Of a DNA stretch of 64,000 nt, positions 50,704-62,450 are shown one piece after another. The translations under genes and the position numbers were made by a program. The notes beneath the pieces were generated by a model that had not been told where the DNA came from, made no database searches, and saw only the letters and a list, made by a program, of their open reading frames with translations. Source of the stretch: Lama guanicoe (lineage: Eukaryota); the NCBI GenBank assembly GCA_013239625.1, contig MU056146.1, forward strand, positions 5,855,314 to 5,919,313. The letters are read 5' to 3'. Position 1 is the stretch's first letter. Every line of letters starts with the position of its first letter.

Positions 50704-50788
50704 GTAACTCAGGAAGCCGGACTGTCTACTTCGGTACCCCACACCCCACCTGCTGTGCCCTGAAAACCTGACCATCCTCTCTCCTCAG

Positions 50789-50901
50789 TTCTCGGTCGGA
50801 GATGGAAAAGTGGGTGGAGGACATACAGATGGCCATTGACTTGGCAGAGAAGAGCAGCGGCCCCGCCCCCGAGTTCCTGGCCAGCAGCCCCCCCGACAAC
50901 A
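50789..50901 (+). CDS. FARP1: FARP1 coding exon (~23), PH1 helix: SRSEMEKWVEDIQMAIDLAEKSSGPAPEFLASSPPDN(K)
   Basis: tcag acceptor after an 85-nt intron, gtaagt donor, 113 nt; PH C-terminal Trp. Confidence 0.96.
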
Positions 50902-51330
50902 GTAAGTGCCCCGCACAAGCCCAGGGATCGGCCAGGGGGAGGCGGACCACTCTGGCCGTGGAAGGGGATCCCACTGCATTGAAAATCACTTTTCCCCGTG
51001 CACCCCGATCTGCAGTCTAAGTGTGTGTTTCAAGCTAAAAATCAAGGAAGTTATTTTTTATAAGTTTATTTTTTAAAAAGCCTTAAAACAATATGAGAAA
51101 GTGGGGGAATCCTGGTTTCTGGGCCAGCACTGCCACGTGTTGGCGTCCAGGGGGAGAAAGCTCTTGGGGCTCCCTGGCATGGGGCCCTGGCCAGGCCCTC
51201 GGCTGTGAGTGTGACTTCCTGCTCAGTGGGTACCTGGGGTTCCCCAACTTCCCGTTCGGCTCCGGGGAGCAGGTGGGAAACGGGCCCTTCTTCGGGCACA
51301 CAGAGATGGCAGTGCTGCCTCTTGCCGCAG

Positions 51331-51494
51331 AGTCCCCCGAGGAGGCGGCGGGCGACCAGGAGTCGGAGGACGACCTCAGCGCCTCGCGCACCTCGCTGGA
51401 GCGCCAGGCCCCGCACCGCGGCAACACCATGGTGCACGTGTGCTGGCACCGCAACACCAGCGTCTCCATGGTGGACTTCAGCGTGGCCGTGGAG
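51331..51494 (+). CDS. FARP1: FARP1 coding exon (~24), PH1-PH2 linker: SPEEAAGDQESEDDLSASRTSLERQAPHRGNTMVHVCWHRNTSVSMVDFSVAVE
   Basis: gcag acceptor, gtaggg donor, 164 nt; FARP-family motif HVCWHRNTSVS. Confidence 0.97.
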
Positions 51495-52934
51495 GTAGGG
51501 CGGGACCCGGCGGGGCGGGGCCGCGGGTGCCCCGCTTCCGAGCATGCGCGGCTGATGAGCTGGCCTGGACCTTCACGGTTTCTGGCCTCCATCTGGCCCC
51601 AGGCTGCCTATGTTGTTTTCTCTCGTTCTCCGGGCCATCTCCCCCATGTCCTCGTCTCTGGTGGAGTCAGCCTTAGAGTAGAGGCCGTCTCTGGGTGTCC
51701 GCGCAGAGAATTCTGGACGGACCGCCCAGGTGCTGTGCTTACCACGCCCTGGAGCAGCCCCTGGAATCGGGTGCCAGGAGGCGGTGTGGTCTGAAAGTTG
51801 GTGCCAGCCAGGGCCACAGGGGATCTGGGTCATGGGAGAACCTGCGAGAAGCTGGCTCTGGGAGTTCCCTCAGAGTTGGCTTTGATTGGCTTCCCCCGTA
51901 TCGCCACTGTGAACTTTCCAGAACTCTCCAAACCCCATCCCCTAAGCGGCCTCCAGTCCAGGTCCATAATCCCTTCCCTTTCCGAACATGCCAAGCTCAG
52001 AAAGCTCTAAAACCACAAAGTTCTCTTCATATCTCATTGGCAGCAGAATGTGACCTGACCAGTAAGGGGGCTGTCAGCTGGTTTTGTGAGTGTCGTGTTT
52101 TAAACTACAGAATCACTGTGTTTGATTCTGAGCTGTGGCCTCAGACCACTGTACCTGGGGTGACAGAGTGCAGGCACAGGATTATCTTTCTGAAATGTTC
52201 GAATTCCTGAATATGCCTGGCCCCAGAAATGTCATGTAAGAGACTGGGAGCCAAGAACAGTAGTTTGTTTGCTTTTTGGACCAGCAGTCTTGGAAACGGG
52301 CCAGTTTTGTGATGGATAGTTGATCGGGATTCTCTGAGCTGCTTCTCTGGAAGTGACCTTCATCGTTCCACAGAACTGCTTTTGTTGAGTTTCCCTGCTG
52401 CAGATAATGATCTGAAACCCCTGCTTCTTCCTGAAAACATCTTTATCCTCAGGGGCCGTGTCCCTGCCGTGGTGGTGGGGCTCCGCCTGCCGTGAGCCTT
52501 CCCTCTCTTCCATCCCCGGCAGGGATGGACTTTCTCTCCCCGAGGGGCGCGCTGTCCTCAGATTCTCCCTCCCTTCACACTTCCACTGCATCCGTTGGCA
52601 AAGTTGGCCAACTGGAGATTCCTTCCAGGAAGGCCATAAGCCTCAAGGTGTCAGGGGATCTTTCCAGCAAGAGGGAGCAGGGAAGAAGCAGTGACCATCT
52701 GATCCCCCCCCACCGCAAAAAACCTTATCAGAGCTGTTCTGTCCAGTCGAGCCCAGGGAAGCCAGGGGGCAGGGCAAGGTATGGGAATTTGGTGGGCTTA
52801 AAACCCTCATCATGCAGGCCCTTCAAGAATGCGGCCCAGACACAGCTTCTCAAGCCCGGCTCTTTGGGCGGACAGGCTGGCACAGGGGAGCCTCTGGGCG
52901 GGGTGGGTCAGCTGCGTGTCAGGGACCGGCCTGC

Positions 52935-53105
52935 ACACCGTGGCCCACAGGTCAAATCCTGCCTGCCCCGACTGGTTACGGCCCGTCCACTAAGAACCAG
53001 GTTTTACATTTTTGAATGGTTGCTACAAGCATCTGACTTTATTTCTTAGCCCAAAGAAACCTAAAATATTTGCTGTATGTGGCCCTTTGAGGAAGTTTGC
53101 TGGGA
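52935..53105. mobile_element. MER58B-like remnant
   Basis: ggcccacaggtcaaatcc...ctaagaaccaggttttacatttttgaatggttg...cctaaaatatttgctg. Confidence 0.6.
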
Positions 53106-53299
53106 GCTGCCGCACAGGAGAGCAACCCCCTGGGCATGTGTGGTCTGAAGATGGCAATGACATAACCGCTTTCTCTCTTTCTCTCTCCGATTCTGCCTCT
53201 GTTGGGACTTGTGTGGGTAGATATATGAGTAATGGGGATGATTGGGGGGAGGGTGGAGCTGAGCTGGCCTCCACAAAGTTCCTGGGCCAGCCGACGTGC

Positions 53300-53705
53300 G
53301 GGCTCTTGGTTCCTGTGGCTGCTCTCACAGTCTCACCAACTGCTTAACAATAGAAATTCACAGGGCTGGAGGCCTTAAGTCCAAGGTCAAGGTGGAGGCA
53401 GGGTTGGCTCCCGCTGGAGGCCATGAACAAAGATCTGTCGCAGGCCTCTCCTGGCTTCTGCCATGCTCAGCCTTCCCTCAGCTTGTGGACATATCACTCC
53501 AGTCTCTGCCTCCACCTCCCTGTGCATCTGTTAGAAAGTCCTCTTCCTATGAGGATGCCCGTCATTGGGATTGGGACCTACCCTGCTCAAGTATGACCTC
53601 ATCTTAACTTGATGACAGCTGCAGAGACCCTATTTCTAAATAAGGCATTCACAGGTACTCTGGACTTGAATATAGCTTTTGGAGTGGGACATAAGTCCGT
53701 CCACA
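53300..53705 (-). mobile_element. MLT1 (MaLR) LTR
   Basis: ctggaggccttaagtccaaggtcaaggtg...cagggttggctcc...gaccctatttctaaataagg. Confidence 0.75.
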
Positions 53706-55031
53706 GTAGGGATGGAGCAGCTGGGAACCAAGCAGAGGGAAGAGCAAAGGCTGTCCTCCAAGAAGGGAGTCCAGGTGAGGGGGCTGCTGACCTCCCCTAT
53801 CCAGGCAGCAGATGGAGAACTAGTCCAGGCTGGGGACTGACCCAAGGGTCATCCGCATAGACAAAAGGTTCAGGTTCTTGAGAGCACTGCTGACGGGGGG
53901 GGGGGGGGGGAAGAGCTCAGGGGCCATGGCACCTGAGTAGGAGACTGAAGTGTATATGGGAATGAAGCCCAGGGGAGCAGGGGTTCAGTGAGGGTGGCAA
54001 CTTTGGAGGCCGCTAGGACAATGGGGAGCACGGAAGGACTAGTGGATGCAATTATTAAGAACCAAATGGTCTCTAAAGATGGCAAGGCCAGAAGGACTTA
54101 ATCAGAGTCCATACATACCCTGGCATGTTCCAGCATTTAAGGAGGCTGGCGTTAAGAGCCTCCTCATGAAAGTGCCTTGGGAAGAACACTGGCCTGGAAC
54201 CTGACTCATTGGTAAATTGTGTCAACCACCCTGTGGGACAGACTGTCTCTTGTTCCAGAGGTAACTGCGTCTGAGAGAAAGGTTTTTTGGACTATCTGGA
54301 AGGATTTATTTGATTCGGTGTAAAACTATGAAGTAAACTATGAAGTAAAAGGAAAGGAGGATGTGCTACTGTCCTTCCCACCATACTAAACTCGCAGTCT
54401 TGCGTGCTGGTGCAAAAACATCAACCCCAACTCTGGCTGCCACCGTCCCCTGCTGGAACTCACCTCACCAGCTGCCTCTTGGAAAGGCACAAGAAAACAG
54501 GGCGCTCCATCTGCAGCACCACCAGCCCACAGTCTCCCCATCAGACCGTGAGCAGCTCGAGGCTGGAGCCCTTTAGACTCAACTCTTGGCAGAGGGGGAC
54601 TCCTTGAGAAAGCTTACTGGAGTAAATACGAGTTACTGGAGAGGTCCCAAAGGGGCAGAGTAGATAATTGTGGCGGATTTGCCTGTTTAACCATTTTGAA
54701 GTGAACGATTTAGTGGCAATAATTACACTCACAAGGCTGTGTGACCACCACCGTCCATTTCTCTCTTCTTTGGGGCTTCCTGGTAATGAGCTCCTGGCAT
54801 GCCGAGGACATACATGAAGGAGCCTTCATGTCCTCTGAGAGGTGACACTGAGGGGGATTTACAGCATCCGCAAGGATATGCATGCTCCACTCTGGGCATC
54901 CTTGCTCAGGAGCCCACAGGAGCTCTGGAGTTAAACGAGAATGCCCGCTTCTACCAGCATTCTCTCCTGGATGAAGTCCCTTTGGTGCAGGGGAGAGGGC
55001 AGTCTGGAGGTACCGCGCTGACATCCAGCTG

Positions 55032-55050
55032 CGGCCACTAGGTGGCAGTT
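55032..55050 (+). promoter_or_regulatory. CTCF-like motif CGGCCACTAGGTGGCAGTT
   Basis: Fits the CTCF core consensus CCASYAGRKGGCRS at every position. Confidence 0.6.
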
Positions 55051-55124
55051 GGGAGCTGCTGGCACAGGGCTCACCCTCAGGAGGGCATGCAGTTGAGGGT
55101 AATGGACTTGGAGACCTGAACCAT

Positions 55125-55420
55125 CTGCCTCGCTGTTCAGGAGGGCAGAAGTCTGGAAATCAAGGTGGCAAGAGGGCCAAGCTCCCTCTGAAACCTGCGT
55201 GGAAGGCTGCTACGTCACTGCCGTGTGCCTCCAACATCTCTCTCCCTCTTTTTTCATACAAGTGCATTAGTCATAGGGGATGACCGGCCTCTCTCCCTCC
55301 AGCATGGCCTCCTCACCGGTTACACGTGTGATGACCCCCGTCTCCAAACACAGTCACATTCTGAGGCACTAGGGGGTTGGGACTTCAAGGTATCTTTCAG
55401 GGACTGTAACTGAACCCATA
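55125..55420 (-). mobile_element. MLT1 (MaLR) LTR fragment
   Basis: gaagtctggaaatcaaggtggcaagagggcc...ctccaaacacagtcacattctgaggcactagggggttgggacttcaa. Confidence 0.7.
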
Positions 55421-55647
55421 CCCGGTGACAAAAGTCAAAGCAGCTCCCCTCAGTCCACTTCCCAGGGGCTTCTCCCCTTACCAGGAAGAAAGGCATCTCA
55501 GTCACTCTCAGGAAGCCTGTTCTCAGACCCCCCAGCCCCGGCCTGGGGGCCTAGTGCAGGGGGGCTGCCCAGCAACGCCACCAAGGGCCCCCAGGACTGT
55601 GACCAGGTTCTCCACCTGTGCTCCTCACCTGCCTGCTTGTCTTGCAG

Positions 55648-55755
55648 AATCAGCTGTCGGGGAACCTGCTGAGGAAATTCAAGAACAGCAATGGGTGGCA
55701 GAAGCTGTGGGTGGTGTTCACAAACTTCTGCCTGTTTTTCTACAAGTCACACCAG
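55648..55755 (+). CDS. FARP1: FARP1 coding exon (~25), PH2: NQLSGNLLRKFKNSNGWQKLWVVFTNFCLFFYKSHQ
   Basis: gcag acceptor, gtgcgt donor, 108 nt. Confidence 0.98.
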
Positions 55756-56079
55756 GTGCGTGCCCAGGGTGGGGGAGAGCCTCACGGGCCCTCACACACC
55801 TCTGGAAGGAGGAAGACCTTCACCCCTGAGCCGCCCCACCAGGTGTGGAGGGCCACGGCCATCAGGACCCTCCACTCTAAGTGAAGGCTAACTGCTTCCA
55901 CCGGGAGCGGGGCCGCGTGTCCGCTGGCGGGACAGGGAGGGGGGTGGATTCACCGATGGCTGAAGCGCAGCAGGCCCACTACCGCATTCAGGCCCACAGC
56001 AGGTGGCCTTGGCTCCCAGAGTGGCTGCAGGCGGGAGGCTGCAGCCAGACTCAGCACCCCCTCCTGTGCCCCCTTCCAG

Positions 56080-56231
56080 GACAATCACCCCCTTGCCAGC
56101 CTGCCTCTGCTGGGATACTCACTGACTGTCCCCTCGGAGGCCGAGGACATCCACAAAGACCACGTGTTCAAGCTGCACTTCAAGTCCCACGTGTACTACT
56201 TCAGGGCTGAAAGTGAATACACGTTCGCAAG
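56080..56231 (+). CDS. FARP1: FARP1 coding exon (~26), PH2: DNHPLASLPLLGYSLTVPSEAEDIHKDHVFKLHFKSHVYYFRAESEYTFA(R)
   Basis: ccag acceptor, gtaact donor, 152 nt. Confidence 0.97.
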
Positions 56232-56694
56232 GTAACTGTCCCCCTGCACGGGGCACCTGCAGGAAAAGGACACCCCTCTTCTGGGCAAAAGGCTTTCTCC
56301 CAAGCGAGTGAGTGGGTCGGGCCCCGCCCTGTCTTTACTGCCTTCCAGGATGGGCTTGTCACCCCACCCTGCCCGTTCTGAGCTGGCACAGATTAGTTCG
56401 CTGGGAACAGCACCAAGGTTTGAAACCAGGTCGGACGCCTCCCCCAACCCCTAGAGCAGCGGTCCCTCAGCTCCACTGGTGCGAAGTGAGCCCAGGGCAC
56501 AGCACTTCTCAAATGTGACCCAGGCTGGAAAACAGCTGGGCAGGCTGAACTTGAGGGCTGGATTTACTGAAGCTGGGATCCTGTTGTGGTGCAGCAAGGG
56601 TCACATGCCATTGCCGGGGCAGAGCCTGGCAGTAGGGAATTTCAAAAGTGCTGCTCTAAGCACCACGAAGGCAGGGAGCTGGGCCCACCCAGCA

Positions 56695-56790
56695 CTACTG
56701 ACATTCTGGCTCAGATCATGCGTTGCTGGTGGGGCACCAGCTGTACCCCTCCGTTGTGACAACCAGAAATGTCTCTGGATGGCCCCAGGG
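56695..56790. mobile_element. MER20-like fragment
   Basis: cactactgacattctggctcagatca...gttgtgacaaccagaaatgtctctgga. Confidence 0.55.
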
Positions 56791-57132
56791 TATTTGAAAG
56801 TCACTGGTTACACATGCTCAAGTATATAAAATGGAGCTCCCACACAGCAGGGCGGGCCGCACCCTCCGGTCCTGAGAAGGACATAGCTCAGTAGCCAACA
56901 GCACCCCCACTCCGGGAACTTCTGCCAGGTCAGTGGTTCTCAAAGTGCAGTCCTCTGATGAACCCGGAGGAACCCTTGGCCCTGCTTTCATTCACTTGGG
57001 TGCTGGGCCTTCCTCTCAGATCTCTTCTGCTGAAACGGCAGGACCATGTGTCAGGAAGCGGCTACAAGCAGTAGGCTCTCAGGGACATGGGTTTCTGAAC
57101 AGTGGTCCCTGATCGTCATGTTCTTGACTTAG

Positions 57133-57214
57133 GTGGATGGAGGTGATCCGAAGTGCCACCAGCTCTGCCTCCCGGGCCCACGTGCTGAGTCACAAAGAAT
57201 CTCACGTGTATTGA
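57133..57214 (+). CDS. FARP1: FARP1 last coding exon (~27): WMEVIRSATSSASRAHVLSHKESHVY*
   Basis: ttag acceptor; TGA at 57212-57214; matches the recalled FARP1 C-terminus. Confidence 0.97.
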
Positions 57215-58590
57215 TGGCAGGACACGTCTGTCGGTTTGTTCCGGCAGCGGCGCCTTTCCTGGAAGAAACCTTCTCCTGTATTAATGAAGCCTAGTAAAAT
57301 TAACACCTGTCTGGAAAACAAAAACGTGGTTTCCCAGCAACTCTCATCTGTCTCTGCAGAGCCGTTTTTCACCTTGTCTTTTCAGCTGTTAATCTCTCAT
57401 CTGAATGGGACCTCAGCCGTCATTCTCTGGGTGGGCTGTCTTGAGCTTGTGCCAGTATTAAAACACTGTCATTAATAGAGTGCCAAATGACATTTTTCCC
57501 TCCACAACTGCACCTTAAAAGCAGTGTCAACACATCCATTCAACCAAAAGACAGGGCAAGTGCTCTTTTTCTTAGAAGATAAACACTTGATTTCTAGGCT
57601 GCTGCATTTTAAAAAAATGGATTTTCCAGTGTTTGTGATACATGTGGCACAGTCTTAAGCAAATGAGATCATTTTCAGATTTCGTGTTTTTCTTCCCAAT
57701 CTTTCTACTTTTATAAATGATAGAACGTTAGTAAGGTTTACATCTTTGATTAACAAGCAATTTGCAGGACCCCCACATTCCACTCGGGGCTTGTGCTCCG
57801 GTGAAACGCTGGTTCCCAGACCTGCTGCTTGGCACAAGTTGACCAAATTGTGTGATGACTATTTACAAGCTATAGCGGGCTGTCTTCCTGTCACGGGAGG
57901 CAGGCGGCCGGCGCACCCTTGGGACCGTCAGTGTACTGTGCGTGGTGTGTCCGGTGAAGGTAGTAGCTGTGCTGTTTTGCTGTCTGTTTCATGAGCACCT
58001 CTGTGTCAGTGACCGGCCGTTTGTGAGCTGTGACGTCCACGCGGGTCTGGGAGCCTCCGGCGGCCGCAACTGCACCATGGGGCGGCGTCCTCCGGCTCCC
58101 GTCCCCGTCCCTCGAGCTCCCGTGACTGTGGTTTGGAACTGCACCCTCCGTAGTGGTAGATACCGTGCCCGTCTCCAGAACTGTTCTTTTCTCCTTACAC
58201 TCATTCCCCCGGGCCTGGGGTATGGACCGTAGGACACTGCACATCCTTAATAGTCGGACAACACAGGGAACAGGGTTCATTAACCGCTGGGCCCGCCAGT
58301 CAAAATCCATTTGCCTCTTCTCTGTGGGGAGTGGGTGGCTGCTGGTCCCTGCGTCTTGTTAAGCCCTTTCTGATGCAGACCCCAGAGGGGGTGACCCCCC
58401 CACCACACTTCCCTTCCCCGAGACACACAGGGCAACCCCGACTGTGGAGCCGTGACCGGCGCACGTGGAAACGGCAACACACAAATGGATGAGTAGCTTG
58501 AGATGTGTTAATCATTTGCCTTACAATATGTACCAGATGGTTCTACGTACTAACAAAAGGGAATAAAAATACCTCACGCCACAATCCAGC
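57215..58590 (+). other. FARP1: FARP1 3' UTR (full-length isoform)
   Basis: Follows the stop codon; ends just after AATAAA 58562-58567, with an upstream TGTA. Confidence 0.75.
58562..58567 (+). terminator. FARP1: FARP1 poly(A) signal AATAAA
   Basis: Canonical hexamer ~1.35 kb after the stop; U-rich tract at 58622-58636. Confidence 0.75.
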
Positions 58591-59138
58591 ATATTGAAGT
58601 TTTAAGGCAAAACCACCAACCTTGTCTCTTGTCTTTAATCGCATCTAATGCGGGTGTGTCAGGGAGGGGCAGTGGGCTGGTCACTGCTGGGCGAGTGTCA
58701 AAGAACAGACGCAGCTGCTCAGGGAGACCGACAACGTGTCTGGGAAACTTGCATTTTAGTTCCCCTGCTGCTTCAGCCTGGGGAAGCAGAACTAGGAGGC
58801 TGACCGTCCAAGGGGACAGAAGACAAGGGGAGAGCCCAGTGGGCAGCGAGGGGCTCCCTCTGCTTTCTGAAAAGGGCCCTGAGGCTCCTCCCACACCTGG
58901 GGGCCGGAGCCCTGGGGCTGGGAAGCATCTGTCCCCAGTCCCCAAACAGCTGAAATGGCAAAATCAAATTCTCCCTGCAGAAGTCACACCTGTCACACAA
59001 CTTACTACAAGACCCCGTCTGCTGCTCCCGTCCGTGACTCATACCCATGTTCCCCTGCAACTTCAAAGAAAACCTAAGTCCAAATCATGTGGGTAATGTA
59101 GACTAAGCTGCCAGAAACACAGAGTTTTAGCGATACCC

Positions 59139-59470
59139 TGTCTCAGTCCATGCAGGCTGCTGTAACAAAAATACCATCGATTGGGTGACTTATAAACAAC
59201 CAGGTTCTCTCTCAGTTTGGGAAGTCCAAGATCAGGGTGGCAGATTCAGTGTCTGGTGAGGGTCCACTTCCCGGTTCATAGACGGCCATCTTCTCTCTGT
59301 GTCCTCATGTGGCGTAAGGGATGAGGGGTCTCTGTGAGATCAGGGCGCTAATCCTAGTCCTGAGAGCTCTACCCTCACGACTTCACCCCAAAGACTCCCA
59401 CCTCCTGACAACAGCACACAGGGGCTTAGGGTTTCAACATATAAATCGGGGTGGGGGGCGCGGGACACGA
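59139..59470 (-). mobile_element. MLT1A/MST-like (MaLR) LTR between the FARP1 and STK24 3' ends
   Basis: tgtctcagtccatgcaggctgctgtaacaaaaatacca...gaagtccaagatcagggtg...tctggtgagggtccacttcc. Confidence 0.8.
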
Positions 59471-59594
59471 CACCACAAGACACCTATTCCCTCAACACAC
59501 AGAAGTAATTGTTTCTGGGAACTTTACTGACCCCTGCATGATAGACCCTGTGCCTAAGAACACACCTTGCAGCACGCCTCAGTTATCGCCATAT

Positions 59595-59600
59595 TTTATA
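59595..59600 (-). terminator. STK24: Candidate STK24 distal poly(A) signal (TATAAA variant)
   Basis: Minus reads ggTGTATGTAtttctgcTATAAAatatggcgataac...ggtgtgttctt: two UGUA upstream, GU-rich downstream. Confidence 0.5.
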
Positions 59601-61460
59601 GCAGAAATACATACACCATGTTCTCAAGGAAGAAAGTATAAAAATGCTGATAAACAGACCATATGTTTTGCCAAAAGATAAAATGCTGCATAAAAGAACC
59701 GAACCAAACACTTTGAAAGACCAACTGGAAAATAAAACCATCCAATTCAGAAAGTGTGTGGCACTTGGGTACAGGGAGACCATCACAAGACTGAGGTGTT
59801 GCAGAGCCAGGGCCCCCAGACCACACCGGTAGCCACCTCGCTTCGTGCAGCCAGCCAGACACGAAAAGACAACTTCAAAGAGGTGTAAACAGCCAGTCAG
59901 CCCAATGCCTCCGCTTCCAAGAGGCCGTCATGCCTGACTGAAGCCCCCCGCCACCTGAAGTGGAGGCAGATAAGGCACGATCTACTGGGGTTTAGCATCG
60001 GAGGCTTCCGAGTGTGAGTCAACTCCCCTTGAATGCCAAGTTCACAGGTCTGGCTGCACACCAACAGTGGTTCAATTGCCCACAGTGGGTGCTGTTGTAG
60101 CCCTGGTACCTGGTCTGTCTTTTAAGAAAGGACCCGGAGTGGACAAATGCTAGCCTCCTTGGCTAAACAAGATGCCCTTAAAAACACATCAGCTGATTCT
60201 GTTTGTCTACAGCAAGTAACAAACCAGGAGAGACTGTATGCGGCGGTGCTCCACTTTCAAACACCATTCAAACCACATCTTCCCCAAGAAGCTTCATCAA
60301 CAGAAGCCATTTCCATAAACTCAGTAACGTGCCGCTGTGTCAGACAGCGCCGCGTGCTCTCACTGCCCAGCCGATGCACAGCATCTATTAAGCGTTCACA
60401 CCACTGTGTGGTTGGAATCCAGTCTACCGTCCGTGTAACCACTCCTCCTGCTTGAGGCTGGCATCGGCATCAGGTCTGGACACTGCTGCCCACGCGCACA
60501 TCTGGAACGGAAAGCTGCCGTCCACGTGGGCTCTGCAGGACGAGCTGCACGTGCGGGGAAATCAGCTGCTTTTCCCTGAGGGAGTCTTTCTCCAGCCACA
60601 GGCAGAACTCACCTTTGGCTTCTGCTCACACAGGGACACAAACAGCTCCCTCACACGGAATACTCTCCCAAACACAACACGAAACATTCTCAGTTTTTAC
60701 CATTCAACTTGAACAGTCCTGCTGCAAAAAAACATGCACAGGAATGAGCAGTTCGGTTCTATTTCCTCTAAGCAAAATGTATCCCTTATAGAAATTAATG
60801 CCAACCCAAATCTACTTGCAATTTAAAAAGCACAGCTTACTTTAAGAGTTTAAAAACTAGACTCCATTCCAGTAACAATCTCAGCAAAAACCACCCAAAA
60901 ACATCTCTGGCTCAGGCCTTGGTCCTCCCCCATCACTGAGCCAGATGACTGACCTTCTGTCCCCAGTAACTTCCCTGTTTCCAAAAATCCTTTCTTTGTA
61001 TTCCCCGTCAGGAACTACTACTCCAACAAGTCATGACAGTGGTTCACATCAACAAATATGAGAGGCTGCCACACGTACTCGAGTCAGGGCAGAACTGCCT
61101 CGAGAACTCTTATTTCCCCTCCCAGGGACCACCAACCCCCGTGTCAGGCAAGCAAGACCCTGCCACAAGCCAAGAAAAATACAGACCCTGAGCTGACAAA
61201 CCAGCGGACAACAAAGCAGCCCTCCAGCGAGGTCCCTGGGAAGACAGAGCAGTTTCACAAAAATCAGCAAAATTCACCCATTCCTTCTCAGGACCATTTT
61301 TTAAAGTTGCAGAGCGAGCTGACCGGGACACGGAGCACTGTGAACGTAGGCACTCCTTCCTGGTGCCACACAAACACACACACACACTCACTCGGCAGGT
61401 ACACTGCCCTCACAAGAGTCACATTCCAAGAAGAGGGTGCAAAATAAGTGTGTTACAAAA

Positions 61461-61466
61461 TTTATT
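61461..61466 (-). terminator. STK24: STK24 proximal poly(A) signal AATAAA
   Basis: + strand tttatt; minus reads cacAAATAAAttttgtaacacactta, followed by GU-rich sequence (TG repeat 61368-61387). Confidence 0.75.
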
Positions 61467-62450
61467 TGTGTAAGCATTCAGACATTTTTAGGTGGGAAAG
61501 ATGATATGCAGATTTCACTACAAGGTGCAACAGAAAATCATACTGAAAGGACGCACAGCTGGCGCAGGACTGGCAGTGGCACGATTCCAAACAAATGTCA
61601 GACGAGAGAGAGAACGCTTCGTCGGGGAGAAATTTAAAAATAATAATTTAAAGCTTCATGAGGCAAGGTATGTTCCAATTTAAAACACTAAGAAATAGTA
61701 CCATCGATGAAAAAAGAAATCAACTTCTAAGTGTACCAAAAGGGCAAACAAGAGGAAAATTTGCATCGGCTGAGGTACAAATATAGGAGTGTTCCACGAG
61801 AGGGGCATTAATTATTATTAATGGCAAACCCTGCAAATACAAAATAAAATCCAAATCACTGGTCACATAATTCAAAATTTACATGTAATAAAGGCAAGGC
61901 AATAGACTCAAGTCATGGCCTGTCGAATATTTACTCCACTGACATTATCTACAGAAGCACTTGGCCAATTTGTACACAGTGATTCCTATGCACGCCAAAA
62001 GGGGTTCCGTAAAAATGACACTATATACAATCTGTACACTGACCCACCAGAGCGGTTCTCCGTCTCCCGGGGAGGGGGAGTCATCAACTTAAAGCAGGAT
62101 ACCTGAGGTTTCATTTCTTCAGTTGCCTTATCATAATCCCAAATATACATTTCAGGGCTTACTTTTTGTTTTTAAAGACACTTTCCTTGATATGTGCACT
62201 ACGGTTAAAATTAAAAACAAGAAAAATAAAATAATCGCTGGAAGGAGCTGCCCCTCCCCGCCCCACCCGGAGACGTCGTCAGGCCGAGGCCAGCGAGGGG
62301 CCACGTGGCCGGGCCTGGCGACCTCGCCGGGCGCACGGCCCCCCGAGGGCGCGCCTCTTCAGCGGAGTCAGCAAAGGCTCTCATTGACTTTTAAGAAGGA
62401 GGATGAAGAGGAAAACAAGGAAAAACAAAACCCCAAACGCCAAAGGAATT

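Larger units (their letters stand above)
59575..62450 (-). other. STK24: STK24 3' UTR (proximal end ~61445, probable distal end ~59575)
   Basis: Free of recognisable transposons and A-rich on + (U-rich on -) below the stop; minus-strand poly(A) signals at 61461-61466 and 59595-59600. Confidence 0.65.

Noticed and set aside
51093-51794. 233-aa + strand ORF
   Set aside because: FARP1 exon 24 plus GC-rich intron flanks; normal splice sites bound the exon and the flanks show no recognisable protein similarity.
57900-58180. CpG-rich patch as a promoter island
   Set aside because: Short and inside the FARP1 3' UTR; similar CpG patches occur at exons 18 and 24 and in the STK24 UTR, so it fits regional GC richness.
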